A stretch of DNA of 64,000 bases from Azolla caroliniana. Taxonomy: Eukaryota; Plantae; Polypodiophyta. The notes under the pieces were generated by a model. It was not told the origin of the DNA and searched no databases. It saw only the letters and a list, made by a program, of their open reading frames with translations. The first letter of the stretch is position 1, and each line of letters opens with the position of its first letter. Position numbers and translations under genes: made by a program. Positions 51,546 through 64,000 of this stretch are shown here, piece after piece. The DNA lies in NCBI GenBank assembly GCA_043228905.1, contig JBHGNT010000008.1, positions 22,196,001 to 22,260,000 of the forward strand, given 5' to 3'.

Positions 51546-52917
51546 TGGCCGCATATTTCAACTAATTAATCAATCTATAAATTGTGTATTGTAAGGATGT
51601 TCCACAAAACAAATCCTGTATGATAGAGCTGCATGATATCTGTGTAAGTAGGTTGGAAAGGTACCCTGCCACATCTCTAGTAATCATAAAAATAATCTTC
51701 AATTCATGGCATTGACTCAATTTCTATTTATATGGAACTGCCTTTTCATATAACATAATAACATATCCAAGAGCAGGTGTGTAGACACACTTCTTTGGAT
51801 TCAAGGCCATAATTACACACTTGATATTGAACATAGTTAAAATTACAAGTTTGAGCTAAACATGCACATGATCATGCTTTATGCTAAAAAAACGAAGGAA
51901 GAGCACATGATAGAGGCTAGGGTATTTTATCATTTCTTCTTAATTTGAGCAAAAGCATCAATGAAGTAAAAGCTTTGCAATTCTAATAGCACTGAACATC
52001 ATGATCGAAGTATCAAAGGGCAAGCTCCTTGGGAATGTACAAGCTACACTTATAACTGGCTAATTTAAAGCCAACAATGCACACAAGCGTGATCGCCCCT
52101 CTTCTTAACCTTAAACCTTTTCATTAACATTTTTGAGGTTTCCTTTTTTGCATCATGATAGAAAAAATTTGAAAGAAGGGAGAGAGATTAAGGGTTTTCG
52201 GTAGGTAGATTTTGTTAAGTACCTATTGTATGTAGCACGAACCATTAAGATATCAGCATCCATGTGGGTACTGAACTAAGTGCAAGACTAAGAAAAAGGG
52301 GGATAGAACAAATGTCTCTAGATCTTTAGGTCAAATGGCCACCCCAATGGGAAAGGCGTGAAACCCTTAGTAAAAAGGCTATAACTTCACTTTTTGTGGC
52401 TCTTTAACTTCTTACTCAAGCCTTAGTCTTTATCTTAGAACTTGCAAGTTTGCGACCCCAAAACAAAAAATAAAAGATAAAATAGGGAACAACTTAGGTT
52501 AAAAAAGAAACTCATCAACCTTTAAACCATACACAAACCAAAAAGCGATAAACCTATAAACTGACAAACCGTAGAATTGAAACCAAACTAAACCAACCTG
52601 TATATTTATTTTTGTAATTGATAAACCGTGAAGCCTTGGTTTAACAATTCAGTTTGGTTTGAGCCAAAATCGGACCAATAGCAATTGATAGGGTTGCAAC
52701 TTCAAGTAAGAAGTCTGGAAGATGGATATTGTATCATGTGGTTTTCTTGTTGGTGTCCATGCCAACCACACACTTAGGCTTGGTCATGTTTGTTGTAGAG
52801 TTTGATGGTGTTGAGTTTACTTGGTTTTCATAACAGACTCTATTACATGTCTTTATGGTGGATTCAAGGTCTTCATGAGATTTTCTATGCAATTGCCTTT
52901 CCTCCTCTTGTGTTCCA

Positions 52918-53185
52918 GTTGAGCCGACTTCTTTGGCCATGCTTATGTCTATATGTGGTTGTTTCAAAGTTTTCCTTTGTAGTTCGCTTCCAATATTGGA
53001 TATTTCTTTTTAAATTGTGGTTATTGTGAGTTTAAAAGTGTCAAATGAGGTTGAGTCGATTTCTTTGGCTAATGTTTATGTCTATATGTGGTTGTTTCAA
53101 AGTTTTCCTTTGGAGTTCGCTTCCAATATTGGATATTTCTTTTTCCATTGTGGTTATTGTGAGTTGAAAAGTGTCAAATAAGGTT
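52918..53185. repeat. Tandem duplication, about 132-bp unit x2
   Basis: GTTGAG.CGA.TTCTTTGGC...AAAAGTGTCAAAT.AGGTT starts at 52918 and again at 53050. Confidence 0.85.
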
Positions 53186-54990
53186 CCCTTTGTGTCGCTT
53201 ATGTGTATCTTAGGGAACTTAACTATAGATTGGTGGAGTTATGCCTCTTGTTGATGTTGGTAGCCTTGAGTCCGAATCAACGTATACCCTTTTAATGGCG
53301 GATCAGGTGAAGGTGGTTGTCAAGCACCTTCGAGCTACTAGCTTCTTAGCACTTAATCTCTCTCCCTCTCTCCTTGCTTTACTCTCTCTTACACAAAGAA
53401 GATATATTATCATTGACACCACTTCTTAATACAAAGAGGTTTATCACCATACAAGAGGATATTAGGGTTTGACTTACTTAGCTCTTAACCCCAACCTCGC
53501 TTAACTCTAATGAGGGATTAAGGAGATTGAAGAGGAGCTCTTAGTGTACTAATAGAAAAGGAGACACCTTAAGAATCAAGAAGAGCTTTCAAAGTCAAGC
53601 CATTTATAGCTTTTTACGAGGCGAGTGTCTCCCATTGGCCTACATTGTTTCCTCTTTGGTTTGTTATATCTCCCCTTTTTCCTAAGGTTGGTTGAGCTCG
53701 GTGTCTCTTGTTGGCGTCACAATCTCCACAACCGGTGTGCCAAGTGCTAGATACTTATTACCCTCTTAAGGATGAGGTCTCTAATCTTCCAACCTAGCCA
53801 CAAAGCAAAGACTCTTCATAAAATTAATAGATTGATTAGATACAACTTTACTTGAATGAGGGAGGTATATCACGTGTGATTTTACTCCAAGGGGTCTCTA
53901 ACAAACCGCCCTTTGATGCAATGATTTTCTAGCTTTGACCTATTTTTCGTGTGGATATAGGTATACACCATTGCTCCAAAGACTTTGAGATGTGACACAT
54001 TAGTAGATTGGTCATACCATGTGAATGGTATAACTACTCAGAGTGCTCAATGAGGGGTCCTATTTTGCAAGTAATATGTTGTTAGCCATTGCATCTTTCC
54101 CAAAATCAATGGTGCATTTTTATTGTTACTAGCATGCTTCTAACACATTAAAGAGTGTCTATTTTCTCTTGTTAACCCCATTTTGTTGAGAGACGTATGG
54201 CGTTGATTTTATGAAGGATTCCATGTTGTTGGCAAAGCGTTTCCCGATATTCTGAGTTAAACTCCTCTCTATTATCACTATGGATGACTTTGATTGTATG
54301 CTTTTTTTGGTTTTCTACTAGATTTTTAAATGCACTAAACGCTAAAAATGCTTGCCCCTTATGCTTAAAATTTTTGACTATTGTGAATGTTGTAGTGTTG
54401 TGTCTATGAATGTGATGAAGTATTTCGCCCGAGACATGAATGGAATAGAAACTAGACCACCTAGATAAGAATGTACTAGTTGTAGTAGCTGACTAGAGTT
54501 TGTGTAACTTGAGGAGAATGATTTACGTGACATTTTTGTAGAGAGACAACTTTCACATATATTAATGTTTTTGAAACTTAGTTGGTAGACCTCTTACAGA
54601 TTTTAGTTTTTGACATTCTTGAATATGTGTGTATGCAAGCTTGCAATGCCAAACATGTGGAAAAAATATTCTCCATTATGATTGTAACATACCTTACTTG
54701 ATAAAGTTTCTATTTGTCTTGCTATCATAGAATATATGTGACCTTGCTCGAGACATACTATTTTAAAGTATTCTACACGTATTCTAAGTATTTTACATAA
54801 AACGTTAGAATGCTTAGCATATGTATTCTACTTGTATTGTATGCTAAGTATTCTACAACAATGCTCTCCATGATATTGAGCAACTTTCAATTGCACGTCC
54901 ATTAAAAAACATCATAATCTATAAATATATGTGTATGTGAAATCATTATCCTCTAGGGGGGAAGATGGAGAGAAAGCATTATATATTCCA

Positions 54991-55755
54991 TCATAAAGAT
55001 TTTACAGAGAGGAGGCGCTCAACATACTTCCCGACGATATCAACCTCAAGATTCACTTTGCTGCCGATTGATTTAGTTGGCACCACGATATGTTGTTGGG
55101 TGTAAGCAACAAGCATAAAATTAAATGCAGCCTCATCATCAAAGACATTGACCACTGTGAGGCTGGTTCCATCCACGGCAATATACCCCTTCGGAACAAC
55201 ATACTTAAGGATGTCAGGGGAGGTTTTGACCTTTACCCAAAGCGAATCTTGTTCCCTGACCATGGAGACTATGGTCCCAGTGCCGTCCACGTGTCCTTGG
55301 ACAAAATGCCCACCCATCCGGGAGATGGGTTGCATTGACCTCTCCAGGTTCACTCTTGATCCAGCAGTGGCCTCACCCAATGAGGTTTTCCGCAGTGTCT
55401 CCGGTGCAAGTCCAACGGAGAACGAGGAAGAATTAAAACGAGTCACGGTCAAGCATGTCCCGTTCACTGCGATGCTGTCACCCAGCTTCAACCCTTCCAG
55501 AGCTATAGAAGCTTGAATGGTCATCTCAAAGCCTTCTTCGGTTGGCCCTATCTCTATAACTTTCCCCATCTCTTCTACTATCCCTGTGAAGATCGATCTT
55601 ATCGATTTATATGATGATGATAATGACACGGTCTTCATTTTAGGGGTCTTAGGGATTCTGAGAGAGATCCTAGAAGAAAAAGGGAGCTTCTGATTGTTAA
55701 CTGAGACAGAGGCTTGGTGGCATGGGAATGGGCTCCGCAAGAAAGAAGTAGCCAT
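54991..55755 (-). CDS. ribE: Riboflavin synthase (alpha-type, plastid-targeted), intronless CDS, 254 aa
   Basis: Transit peptide MATSFLRSPF... then IFTGIVEEMG, GDSIAVNGTCLTV, VNLERS, RMGGHFVQGHVDG, KGYIAVDGTSLTV and VNLEVDIVGKYVERLL (two lumazine-binding repeats). Confidence 0.96.
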   Translation of the reverse strand: MATSFLRSPFPCHQASVSVNNQKLPFSSRISLRIPKTPKMKTVSLSSSYKSIRSIFTGIVEEMGKVIEIGPTEEGFEMTIQASIALEGLKLGDSIAVNGTCLTVTRFNSSSFSVGLAPETLRKTSLGEATAGSRVNLERSMQPISRMGGHFVQGHVDGTGTIVSMVREQDSLWVKVKTSPDILKYVVPKGYIAVDGTSLTVVNVFDDEAAFNFMLVAYTQQHIVVPTKSIGSKVNLEVDIVGKYVERLLSVKSL

Positions 55756-57078
55756 GTCAGAAAACAGGCCTAGTTCCACCTTGCCAAACCTGTAAAAAAT
55801 GGGAATACATTGAATTTGGAAGAAATCACTGAAATGTATAATAAAGATTAGAAAGAAATGACAATATGTGAGAGACACGGCAAGCAAATGTCAATATGCA
55901 CAGTAACCTTAATCTATCAGTCAATTATCAAGGTGCTGCAGAAAAAGGTTTTCATGTTCACTAATGTTGGCCAGATTTTTTAACCTGTGTGCTGAAGATA
56001 TTCATAAGGGGGGCATAACCAGACCGAATTTTTAATTTTTTTGTTAGAATATATATGTAGTAAACATGTGGATTCCTACAGAACCCACACAAAATAGACA
56101 TAATAATTAATCTAAATATGGATTAATGGGGCGTCACCATGATTGTTGTGAAGGTGGAAGAGCCAATGACAAATACTCAAGACAGAAAGATGGTGCCTAG
56201 TGACATACTACAAATTGCATACTTGCAAAGCATGTTACTAATGCTCAGTATGTCATTATGTAGTAAGAACAAATGGCGAATGGCCTGAAAGGCAATTTTG
56301 CTAACCCTCCAAAGAGAAGAGAATGAGATTTCAATGCTATGGATTATATATTGGTGTTCCACAGATCACCTTGGTATTCACTCAAAACAATCATGACCGA
56401 ATTTTGTGTTGGGGATATTTCTATTTTTGAAAATGGATAAAACAAAACAAAATATTAACATGAAAAACTAGACACGCCCATCGTATTTTTTGTTCATTTC
56501 ACAAATAAATAATTCGCCAGAAGATTTGGTGGGTGTGTGACTTTCCATTCAATGAATGGGCTTTGCCATATAATGTGGCAGCGTGAAGCAATTTTTTTGA
56601 GGTCACTGGTGATCACATCCTTCTTCAATCAGACACCTATGAAACAGCCGCATGAGGCTCCCCATACATCATGAAGAACATCAACCAGATAATTTGATGA
56701 CCTGTCTAGGATCACTCAAACATGAAATCCAAAGAAATGTCTTGACGAGCATGATTATCGGAGTGTATGATATGTCTGCAGGTGTCCTTTCAGAAAAGTG
56801 TATCCTAGGCCAAGAATGATATGATGAGCGTAAGATCCTAATTATACCAAAGGATTGATCTTACGAGAAACGAACGAGAAGGAAAACAGTTGAGACGTAC
56901 CTGAGAAGGAGGCGGCGAGGAGAACAAAGAGCTTCCGCTTCCGCGGCTTCTTCTTCTTCTTCTTCGTCGTCGTCTTCGTCGATGAGAAGGGGAAGGAGAA
57001 AAGAAGGTAGAGATACCCTACTCTGCGTAATACCAAATGGACGGTCTCAGGTTTCACACCTGCGCGCCCATTTCAGAC
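55756..57078 (-). promoter_or_regulatory. Riboflavin synthase promoter, non-coding exon 1, intron 1 (56900-55790) and 5' UTR, homologous to the VDAC 5' region
   Basis: The reverse complement matches VDAC 31322-31572, about 32480-32640 and 32707-32752. Donor TCTCAG|GTACGT and acceptor TTTTTACAG|G are both present. Confidence 0.85.
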
Positions 57079-58210
57079 ATCGAGATATGTATGTACATAA
57101 TAGATACATAGATGCCCACCACATCAACTCCACACACCTAATGACTTAATTGGCCAAACCGTTGGGAAAAAGAGTTAGTTGGGGCAACAAATATTTATAT
57201 CCATATCTCAGTTTCGCATTGTAGAGAGATATGTATATAGACGCGGGCGATGAGTTGTTTGCATAGCAAGGTCGACGAATAACGAAGCAGAACTTTTAAA
57301 ATACCTAGAAGTCCAAAGTTTTTGTTAAAGAAGATGGGTAAATGTCTATTGGTTGGCGCTAAAAATGTTTGTTTTCATCGTCACTGAACCTTGGAAAAAA
57401 ATAACTCCGAGCTTGACAGTTCCAGAAAGATATAATCTTGGTTTATCAAGATTTTTGGGCTTTTTCCCATTGAAGAAGCAATTGCTTCTATGACTCAGTA
57501 AAAAAAATTGCCCTAAAGATTTCTATTTTTCATAAATAAAGAACGAAGTAATTGGACGAAAAAAAAACAATGTTCCATAAGTGTATCTTAGTTGGGACTG
57601 GACATTCACTCTCTCTTTTTTATTGTAATTAGCTTACCCTAGTGGCAAGTCATTTACACTATTTAGCACTACATCTTGGGTTTGAAACCCAATTTTCTCA
57701 CTTATCTATTACTCCATAGATATCTCTTATTTCACTAGATGCCACTATGGAATGTATGGGTTGAACCCATGATCACTTGGTCTCCATTGGTTGTTCTCTC
57801 TCTCTCTCGTCTGAGTATCACACTTTGATACAATGCTCCGCCTTTGATTATATTCGACCATGCTTTTCACATCTCTTCGACCGAGCCCGATCTTTGCATG
57901 AATTCCTCTCACAACCACAATGTGCACTACTCACTACTCATTCATTGGTAAAGTTCTTGAACATCGAGAGTCACTACTCACTTTCACATGTATCACGTGA
58001 AATGTAATATTTATGGTGTCATAGGTCATATTTGACCTCCGAAGACGATAATATAATCTATCTATCTATTTATCTATCTCTCTGTCTCCCTTCAACATAC
58101 ATGTGTGTGTGTGAACATATATTCATTTGGAGAAAGGGTTATCAACATTGCACTTAACAAACTTTTTTGGACTCCTTGCAACAATGTGCATGCACTTGTT
58201 ATACATACAT

Positions 58211-58310
58211 NNNNNNNNNNNNNNNNNNNNNNNNNNNNNNNNNNNNNNNNNNNNNNNNNNNNNNNNNNNNNNNNNNNNNNNNNNNNNNNNNNNNNNNNNN
58301 NNNNNNNNNN
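58211..58310. other. Assembly gap (100 N)
   Basis: Run of N. It interrupts the 5' end of the bHLH gene. Confidence 1.
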
Positions 58311-59806
58311 ATTCAAGGTCTCCGAAGAAGAAGAAGCAGAAGAAGAAGAAGAAGCCGAAGAAGCAGAAGCAGAAGCAGAAGCAGAAGAAGCTCCGCTGCT
58401 GCTCCATCAGTTGTCGCCCTTTCCGTATTTCGCCGCCCTAACGGCCACTGTACCTGTATCCGTACCTGTAACTGTACCTGTACCTGTAACTGTACCTTCT
58501 GATCAGGCCCAGGCCCAGGCCCAGGCCTTGCAGCGGCGGAGCAGCCCATACCGCAGTCAGGTGCAGCGAGAGAGCCACATCCTGGCCGAGCGCCAGCGAC
58601 GTGAAGAGATGAACGAGAAGTTCACCATCCTGCGCTCCATGATCCCCAAGCTCACCAAGGTTTTCCCACCATCATCATCTCTCACCTAACATTATTCCTC
58701 AGATATTCACTTGTCTCCTTTCTGACATAGTTTGTGGAAATCTTGCCCACAGAAGGACAAGGCCTCCATCGTAACTGATACCATTAACTACATTAGAGAA
58801 TTGGAGAAGAAGGTGTCCTATCTGCAAGCGGCCTGTAGTAGCAAGCAGCAGGAGCAGGGTGTATCTGAATTGAAGAAGAAGAAGAAGAAGCAGAGCATGA
58901 GTGCTCTTCGAGGAGGCGGTTCAAGCGGTCTAGTATTGAATTCTGACAAAAACAGGAATAATTATAAATTATTACCAGTAACTACCCCCATGACCAATGA
59001 TGAGAATGAGACAGAATCTTCCACAATTCAATTACTGCGCAAAGCCATCAATAGTAGTGCTAATACCACCACCACCACCACCACCACCACTACTACCATG
59101 GAAGCTGAAGATAGTGATCAAACTGGGTCCTTGGTGATAGCAGAAATCCCAGTGGATCATGTATGTATGATGTCTAGCCATCATTACCATTCAGTGAAAT
59201 GCAGGGCCATGTTTTATGGTTATAGATTATAATGAGTGTCAACATTACATTACATAGTTAAATCATTCATTCTCTCGCATTTATGTATAATATATTAACA
59301 ATTTGTCTTTGGTTGTATACATTAAGGATGGAAGTTCTGGTGGCAGCACATATAGAAGGGTGAAGGTAGGACAAGTTGAGATCGAGGACCTCGGGGACTA
59401 TTCAGCCGTGATCAAGGTTGTGAGCATGCGGAGCCGAGGCCTCGTGTTTCGCCTTCATGTGGCCCTCCACGATTGCAAGGTGGACATCATCCAAGCCAAT
59501 GTCACCACTGTAGGGGATAACATGGTGCACTTCATCACAATTAGGGTAAAAAGAAAAAACCCTAATGCCTTATACATATATATGTATGTGCACAACACTA
59601 TACCATTTCTTTTTCCCAGTATAAACCATGTATGTATGCACAATTCACCCATGATCATCACAACATACATTTATAATTTGGTTTTTATGCAGCTGAATGT
59701 GGGCATTAGTGCAACGCTCATTGATCTAGCCACTTCTCTTCAACTTGCCATATCCAGCCCATCCTCAGTGTTGGGGTTTGGAGATGGGGTGGTCAATTTG
59801 ACATGA
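58311..59806 (+). CDS. bHLH transcription factor with C-terminal ACT-like domain; 5' end lost in the gap; exons ..58659, 58753-59160, 59327-59545, 59693-59806
   Basis: RESHILAERQRREEMNEKFTILRSMIPKLTK|KDKASIVTDTINYIRELEKKV has the H-E-R basic residues. The ACT-like region reads AVIKVVSMRSRGLVFRLHVALHDCKVDIIQANVTT. Confidence 0.9.
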
Positions 59807-61099
59807 CAAGCTATACATGTCAAAATGAACCCTGTCCATCCATCACTTGAAGATTCGCCCAATTTGCAGTTACCTTCACATACATGCTTCATGAATTGGG
59901 TTGGGTTATTATATATTCATGGTATTTAAAGTCAATGACATGGAAGGGCGGGGATTGGTATATACAAAATTTCATGTCGATCTGAAAACGATGATAGTTA
60001 CTGTGACAGAGCACTAAATTATTATCAAACTTAAGGTCTGTATCATATGTACATATATACATATGAAGACAATACATACACAAATGAATGGTACATGTGT
60101 GCCAGTTATACATAAACAAAAATACGCTTGTATGCACCGTAAAACAACTTATGTGCTTGCAATTGGTGTTTTTGCAAGATACATGTATCCCATTATTTCA
60201 TAATTCCTATGTTAGTCTTGCATTAGCCTCCCCACCCTTTAGAGAAAGAGACAAGAGAGGGCCTCCATATTTGAGGTAATATAAATTTTCTTTCTATGAT
60301 TTATAGATTCATGTATCCACAATTACACTACTGTACTCCTTCATGTAAGCACTTCATACTCTCTTTTTATGCTCAACAAGACAGCTTATTGGTGAAGATA
60401 CCTCGTCATGTAAACAATTTGAAGATTTGCTGATTGACAATTATGTCATCGCCTTACTTCTAGACCTGTACTGTGCACGTTCTTGTATTTAAAAAACTGA
60501 GCAAAACATCAAGCATCAATACAATATGCATATACTGCAGATGCATGCCTATATACGTATAGCATAATACAATTTAACACATACTATGCCTTCGTGTTCT
60601 TTATACATATATATACATGACTACATGTACATATGCATTTCCCTACACCAGTCAATGGAATAGTGATCTGATTTATACACCAGTCCAACTGTTATTTATC
60701 TAGTGGCCTTACATTGTTAGAAGGCTCAGAAATATTTTTCTTTTTTGGGGGGGAATTGCCTTACATTGTTATCTATATGTGAAAATTTCCAAAAGCCAAA
60801 TAGTTTTTGACGATTACCAACAATGGTCATTGAAGGTAGTTGATACTAATCAAACTCCACCAAGTACTAATAACCACAAACAAGATATACGCTTATGTAT
60901 AGAATATGTATCGAAGTAGATTAATAGACACCATAGTAGAAAGTGTACACCATCGAGCGAAGAAATCCACAACCTACTTGGTTTGGCATGTAATTTTGCC
61001 ATTACATATGCCAATCATTTTGCAGCACCTCAAGCAATCCTACACCCTAAACCCTAAAGTGGAATTTAAAAATGCATTACACTTGGAGAGAACTTCAGA

Positions 61100-63510
61100 A
61101 AATTGTTGAAGAAGACCTCGTCATCATTGGGCATTAGTTGCCTCACACACACGATGAATGATCTTAATGTTTTGTAAAGTGGTATCCCATGCTTTTACTC
61201 CTTTATTATCCACTTGCGAAAAATTCACCAAAATTTACTCCATGGGAGAATCAAGGCGAGGTTGAAGCAAAAGAGAAGAGTTAAGGCATAATGGAGGCTT
61301 GGTTAGGGGCATAAATCCCCACCAACCACACAACCTGGCCAAAATAAGTGATTTCTATAACTAGAAACCAACTTTCAGCATCATTATGCATAACTCAAGC
61401 ATAATATGTATCCTGCACAATTAATACCACAATGATAACTAAGATGTCCTACATAGATTGATGAATATCCACGTAAATGGATTGTGGACCTTACTAAGTC
61501 ATGACACTTATGCTCAACTACACTTAATATATCCCATTCTCTACTCAACAAAGTTTCCCATAATATATAGCTCTTAGGAAGAGAACATGCCCCTCTCATA
61601 TTCCATGTTACCACTTTCATTCAATCAACAATGTTATGGGTGCACTTGCTCCTTCAAAGCAATCGATGCCATGAAACAAGTCAAAGCATGTTTCAATGCT
61701 GCATATAGATTTTCATGCACCACATCCTTAGGGCCGTCTATTGAAACCTTTTGTTTAGGTTCTCCCACTTGACAAAAACCTTGAGGGTTTGATGTATTTA
61801 CAACCCATCCCAATGAATCAAATTGAAGTTGGAGGGGTAAACACTTATCCCTAATTGTTGTTGCCAAGGAACTTTTAGGGATCCTTCCTTGTTCAGGAAG
61901 TATCTTGCCAAGTAGTCTCACAAGTAGATTCCATATTCGTTGATTTCCCCTTCGCCTCGCCATTTACATGATGCCAATATTTAACAGCAACATCAATACT
62001 AGGTCTATCCAATATCCCCCCCCCCCCCCCCCCATTCGTAAGCACTAAACTTTGATCTCTCATATCCATAGATTGAGTTCCCTTATTCTTAGGGCCCAAA
62101 CCTTGAAGTGAGGCCTATTTATCACCATTTTAGACAATGTTCCTTCATCCATAACAATCACAATATCTAACATACCAACATCTCTCCCAACTCCTTGCTT
62201 ACCATTCTCTTCATTGGGTACCTCCAAAGGTGAAGGAAAATGATGTTGGCATTCCACCATAAAGTGGCCCCATTCACCACATCCAAAACAATGGCATGCA
62301 ATGTCTCACACTTCAATTCAAAACAAAGTCTTTTTACAGAAGGTGTGTTCATACACACCCATCCTGGCCTCCCCAACTCCTTGCTTACCATTCTCTTCAT
62401 TGGGTACCTCCAAAGGTGAAGGAAAATGATGTTGGCATTCCACCATAAAGTGGCCCCATTCACCACATCCAAAACAATGGCATGCAATGTCTCACACTTC
62501 AATTCAAAACAAAGTCTTTTTACAGAAGGTGTGTTCATACACACCCATCCTGGCCTCTTATAACTTGTATCCCATAACACACAAAATATGTACTTATTTG
62601 TAGCATTTGCATGCGGAGATACCAACACTTTACCCATTTGACTCATCAACTCTGGTAAAAGTGGCCATAAAACGCATGCTTACAATCCACTATTACCCAA
62701 ATGGGGCATTCTTGTTTCAACAAAGCATGAATCATAGTCCACTATGGGCGATCATTGCATTAATCGTATAATCAAAGAACATGGTAACTTTATCCAACAA
62801 CACGCTTTGATGTTTAGGGCAATGAAATACTGCATCATAAAACCCTTGTGGGCTTGCATATGTATTGTCAACACAATTTGGTGACACAATTGTGTCCAAT
62901 TTATGAACGGGAGTTTCCCAATAAAAAACAATGTAACCCACACGATCACAGAATGCATCAAAAGATTGTAAAACTGCCTTCACATAAGCTTCTATAATGC
63001 ACATCCTCATTGAGGCATTCATTTGCTTCATTTTTCATTTTTCTCTATAATACTAGACAACAAGGTATTGGCGATCCCCTATAAATTATCCCAACTATGA
63101 TTATCCTTGTGAACCTTGTCTATATGTATTGCCTTGACATATATCAATTTCTTCTCACCGATTTCCACAATACCCTAAATTCTTAGAGCTCCCAACTTCT
63201 TCCCTGAGTGCACAATTACATTCTAACATCATATTGCATTTTATCGGATCAATTGTTCCCATATCGATGTCCCCCATAGTTTGCAAGGAAATCATGTTTA
63301 TATTTGCTCTTCTTGATGTGGTATTGAGCCAGGATAAAAAAGGATTTTCCATGAACAACCGAGAAAACCAAAACACACCTGATTGAAGATATCGAAGTGG
63401 CAGAAGGCAATTGGAGGCTCGCAATGTGTTATGTGTATGTTGACAACGCACGATGTCATGATCTGGTGTCGAATCCAAAGGCAAAAAATGGAAGCAGGGA
63501 GTGTCCACTC
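61100..63510 (-). mobile_element. Decayed LINE (L1-like) 5' part: probable ORF1 remnants and the start of the ORF2 endonuclease
   Basis: MKVVTWNMRG..WDILSVVEHK is the start of an APE/EEP endonuclease (TWN.RG, catalytic E). Downstream, VWLVGIYAPN appears with stops. The upstream broken ORFs are assigned to ORF1 by position only, and no RT was seen. Confidence 0.65.
62186..62557. repeat. Apparently perfect tandem duplication, 2 x 186 bp
   Basis: CCCAACTCCTTGCTTACC...CCCATCCTGGCCTC starts at 62186 and again at 62372. It shows up as a 62-aa repeat in ORF 62167-62649. Confidence 0.92.
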
Positions 63511-64000
63511 ACATGCATAAAAATATATGTAAATATGAAAAGATAAATATAATAAATAAAGGTGAATGACCTAGAGGTTAGAGCCATAGACCTTCAGTTT
63601 GAACATTTGACAATGCGACGTGGATTATGAACTATTTATTTCCTTTCTTTTTTTGAAGAATGATTGGAATAAGTGCACTTAATGCCGAAATTAGGTGCCT
63701 CTTTTTCTCTATAAAAAGAGAAGCGGGTTTATTTTAGGTTACTTCAAGAGTGTTGAGAATACTACTGGCCACAACCAGTTAATACATATGCGTACGCGGG
63801 TGCTCTGGTTTCCCTTCTACTTTGGATCTATTTGATATGGGTCGTGCTCCTCCATCCGGTTTTGACTCCTTATCCAAGGTTGGCTCTCCGAACTCCAATC
63901 CAGCTTGTGCTTACTTCCCATCCGGAGGGGATTGTTTCCTAACAAACTTCCCCTTCTCTTCTACCCTCTCCCGGAGCCAATGGTATCTCCTCTGGATGTG

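Noticed and set aside
3464-55755. Apparent cluster of organelle-targeted genes (CysRS, PPR, PAA1, VDAC, DGD1, riboflavin synthase)
   Set aside because: The pathways are unrelated and such genes are common. There is no evidence of a biosynthetic cluster beyond the shared VDAC/riboflavin synthase leader.
54991-55755. Recent bacterial transfer or contamination for the intronless riboflavin synthase
   Set aside because: It has a plant-style transit peptide and a spliceosomal 5' UTR intron, and it is embedded in plant sequence.
57007-57078. Canonical FMN riboswitch upstream of riboflavin synthase
   Set aside because: Only a GTGAA-loop hairpin resembles it and the other RFN helices are absent. 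The same block precedes VDAC, from which it derives.
61044-61058. ACCCTAAACCCTAAA and other scattered AAACCCTA motifs as interstitial telomere
   Set aside because: Only one or two units occur at each site, as expected for telo-boxes or by chance.

Overview
Gene-dense plant nuclear DNA with spliceosomal GT-AG introns and an AT-rich background. An intact epsilon-tubulin points to a lineage with flagellated sperm, probably a fern or other seed-free plant (inference). In order, the window holds: the 3' half of a decayed Ty1/copia element lying in or beyond intron 2 of an organellar Cys-tRNA ligase; a gene carrying only the central domain of plant SH2/STAT-like (SHA/SHB) proteins; epsilon-tubulin; a P-class PPR; the chloroplast Cu-ATPase PAA1/HMA6; VDAC; a GC-rich secreted aspartic protease; a PPR pseudogene; DGD1; riboflavin synthase; a bHLH-ACT transcription factor broken by an assembly gap; and a decayed LINE. 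The main finding is that riboflavin synthase is a chimeric gene. Its upstream region, non-coding exon 1, intron 1 ends and the start of exon 2 are an inverted copy of the VDAC 5' region about 25 kb away. The VDAC ATG has become GTG, and the riboflavin synthase ATG sits in frame at VDAC codon 9. A 72-nt hairpin-containing block is identical in both copies, while the shared intron has diverged. All alignments were done by eye, and family assignments come from recalled motifs, not database searches.
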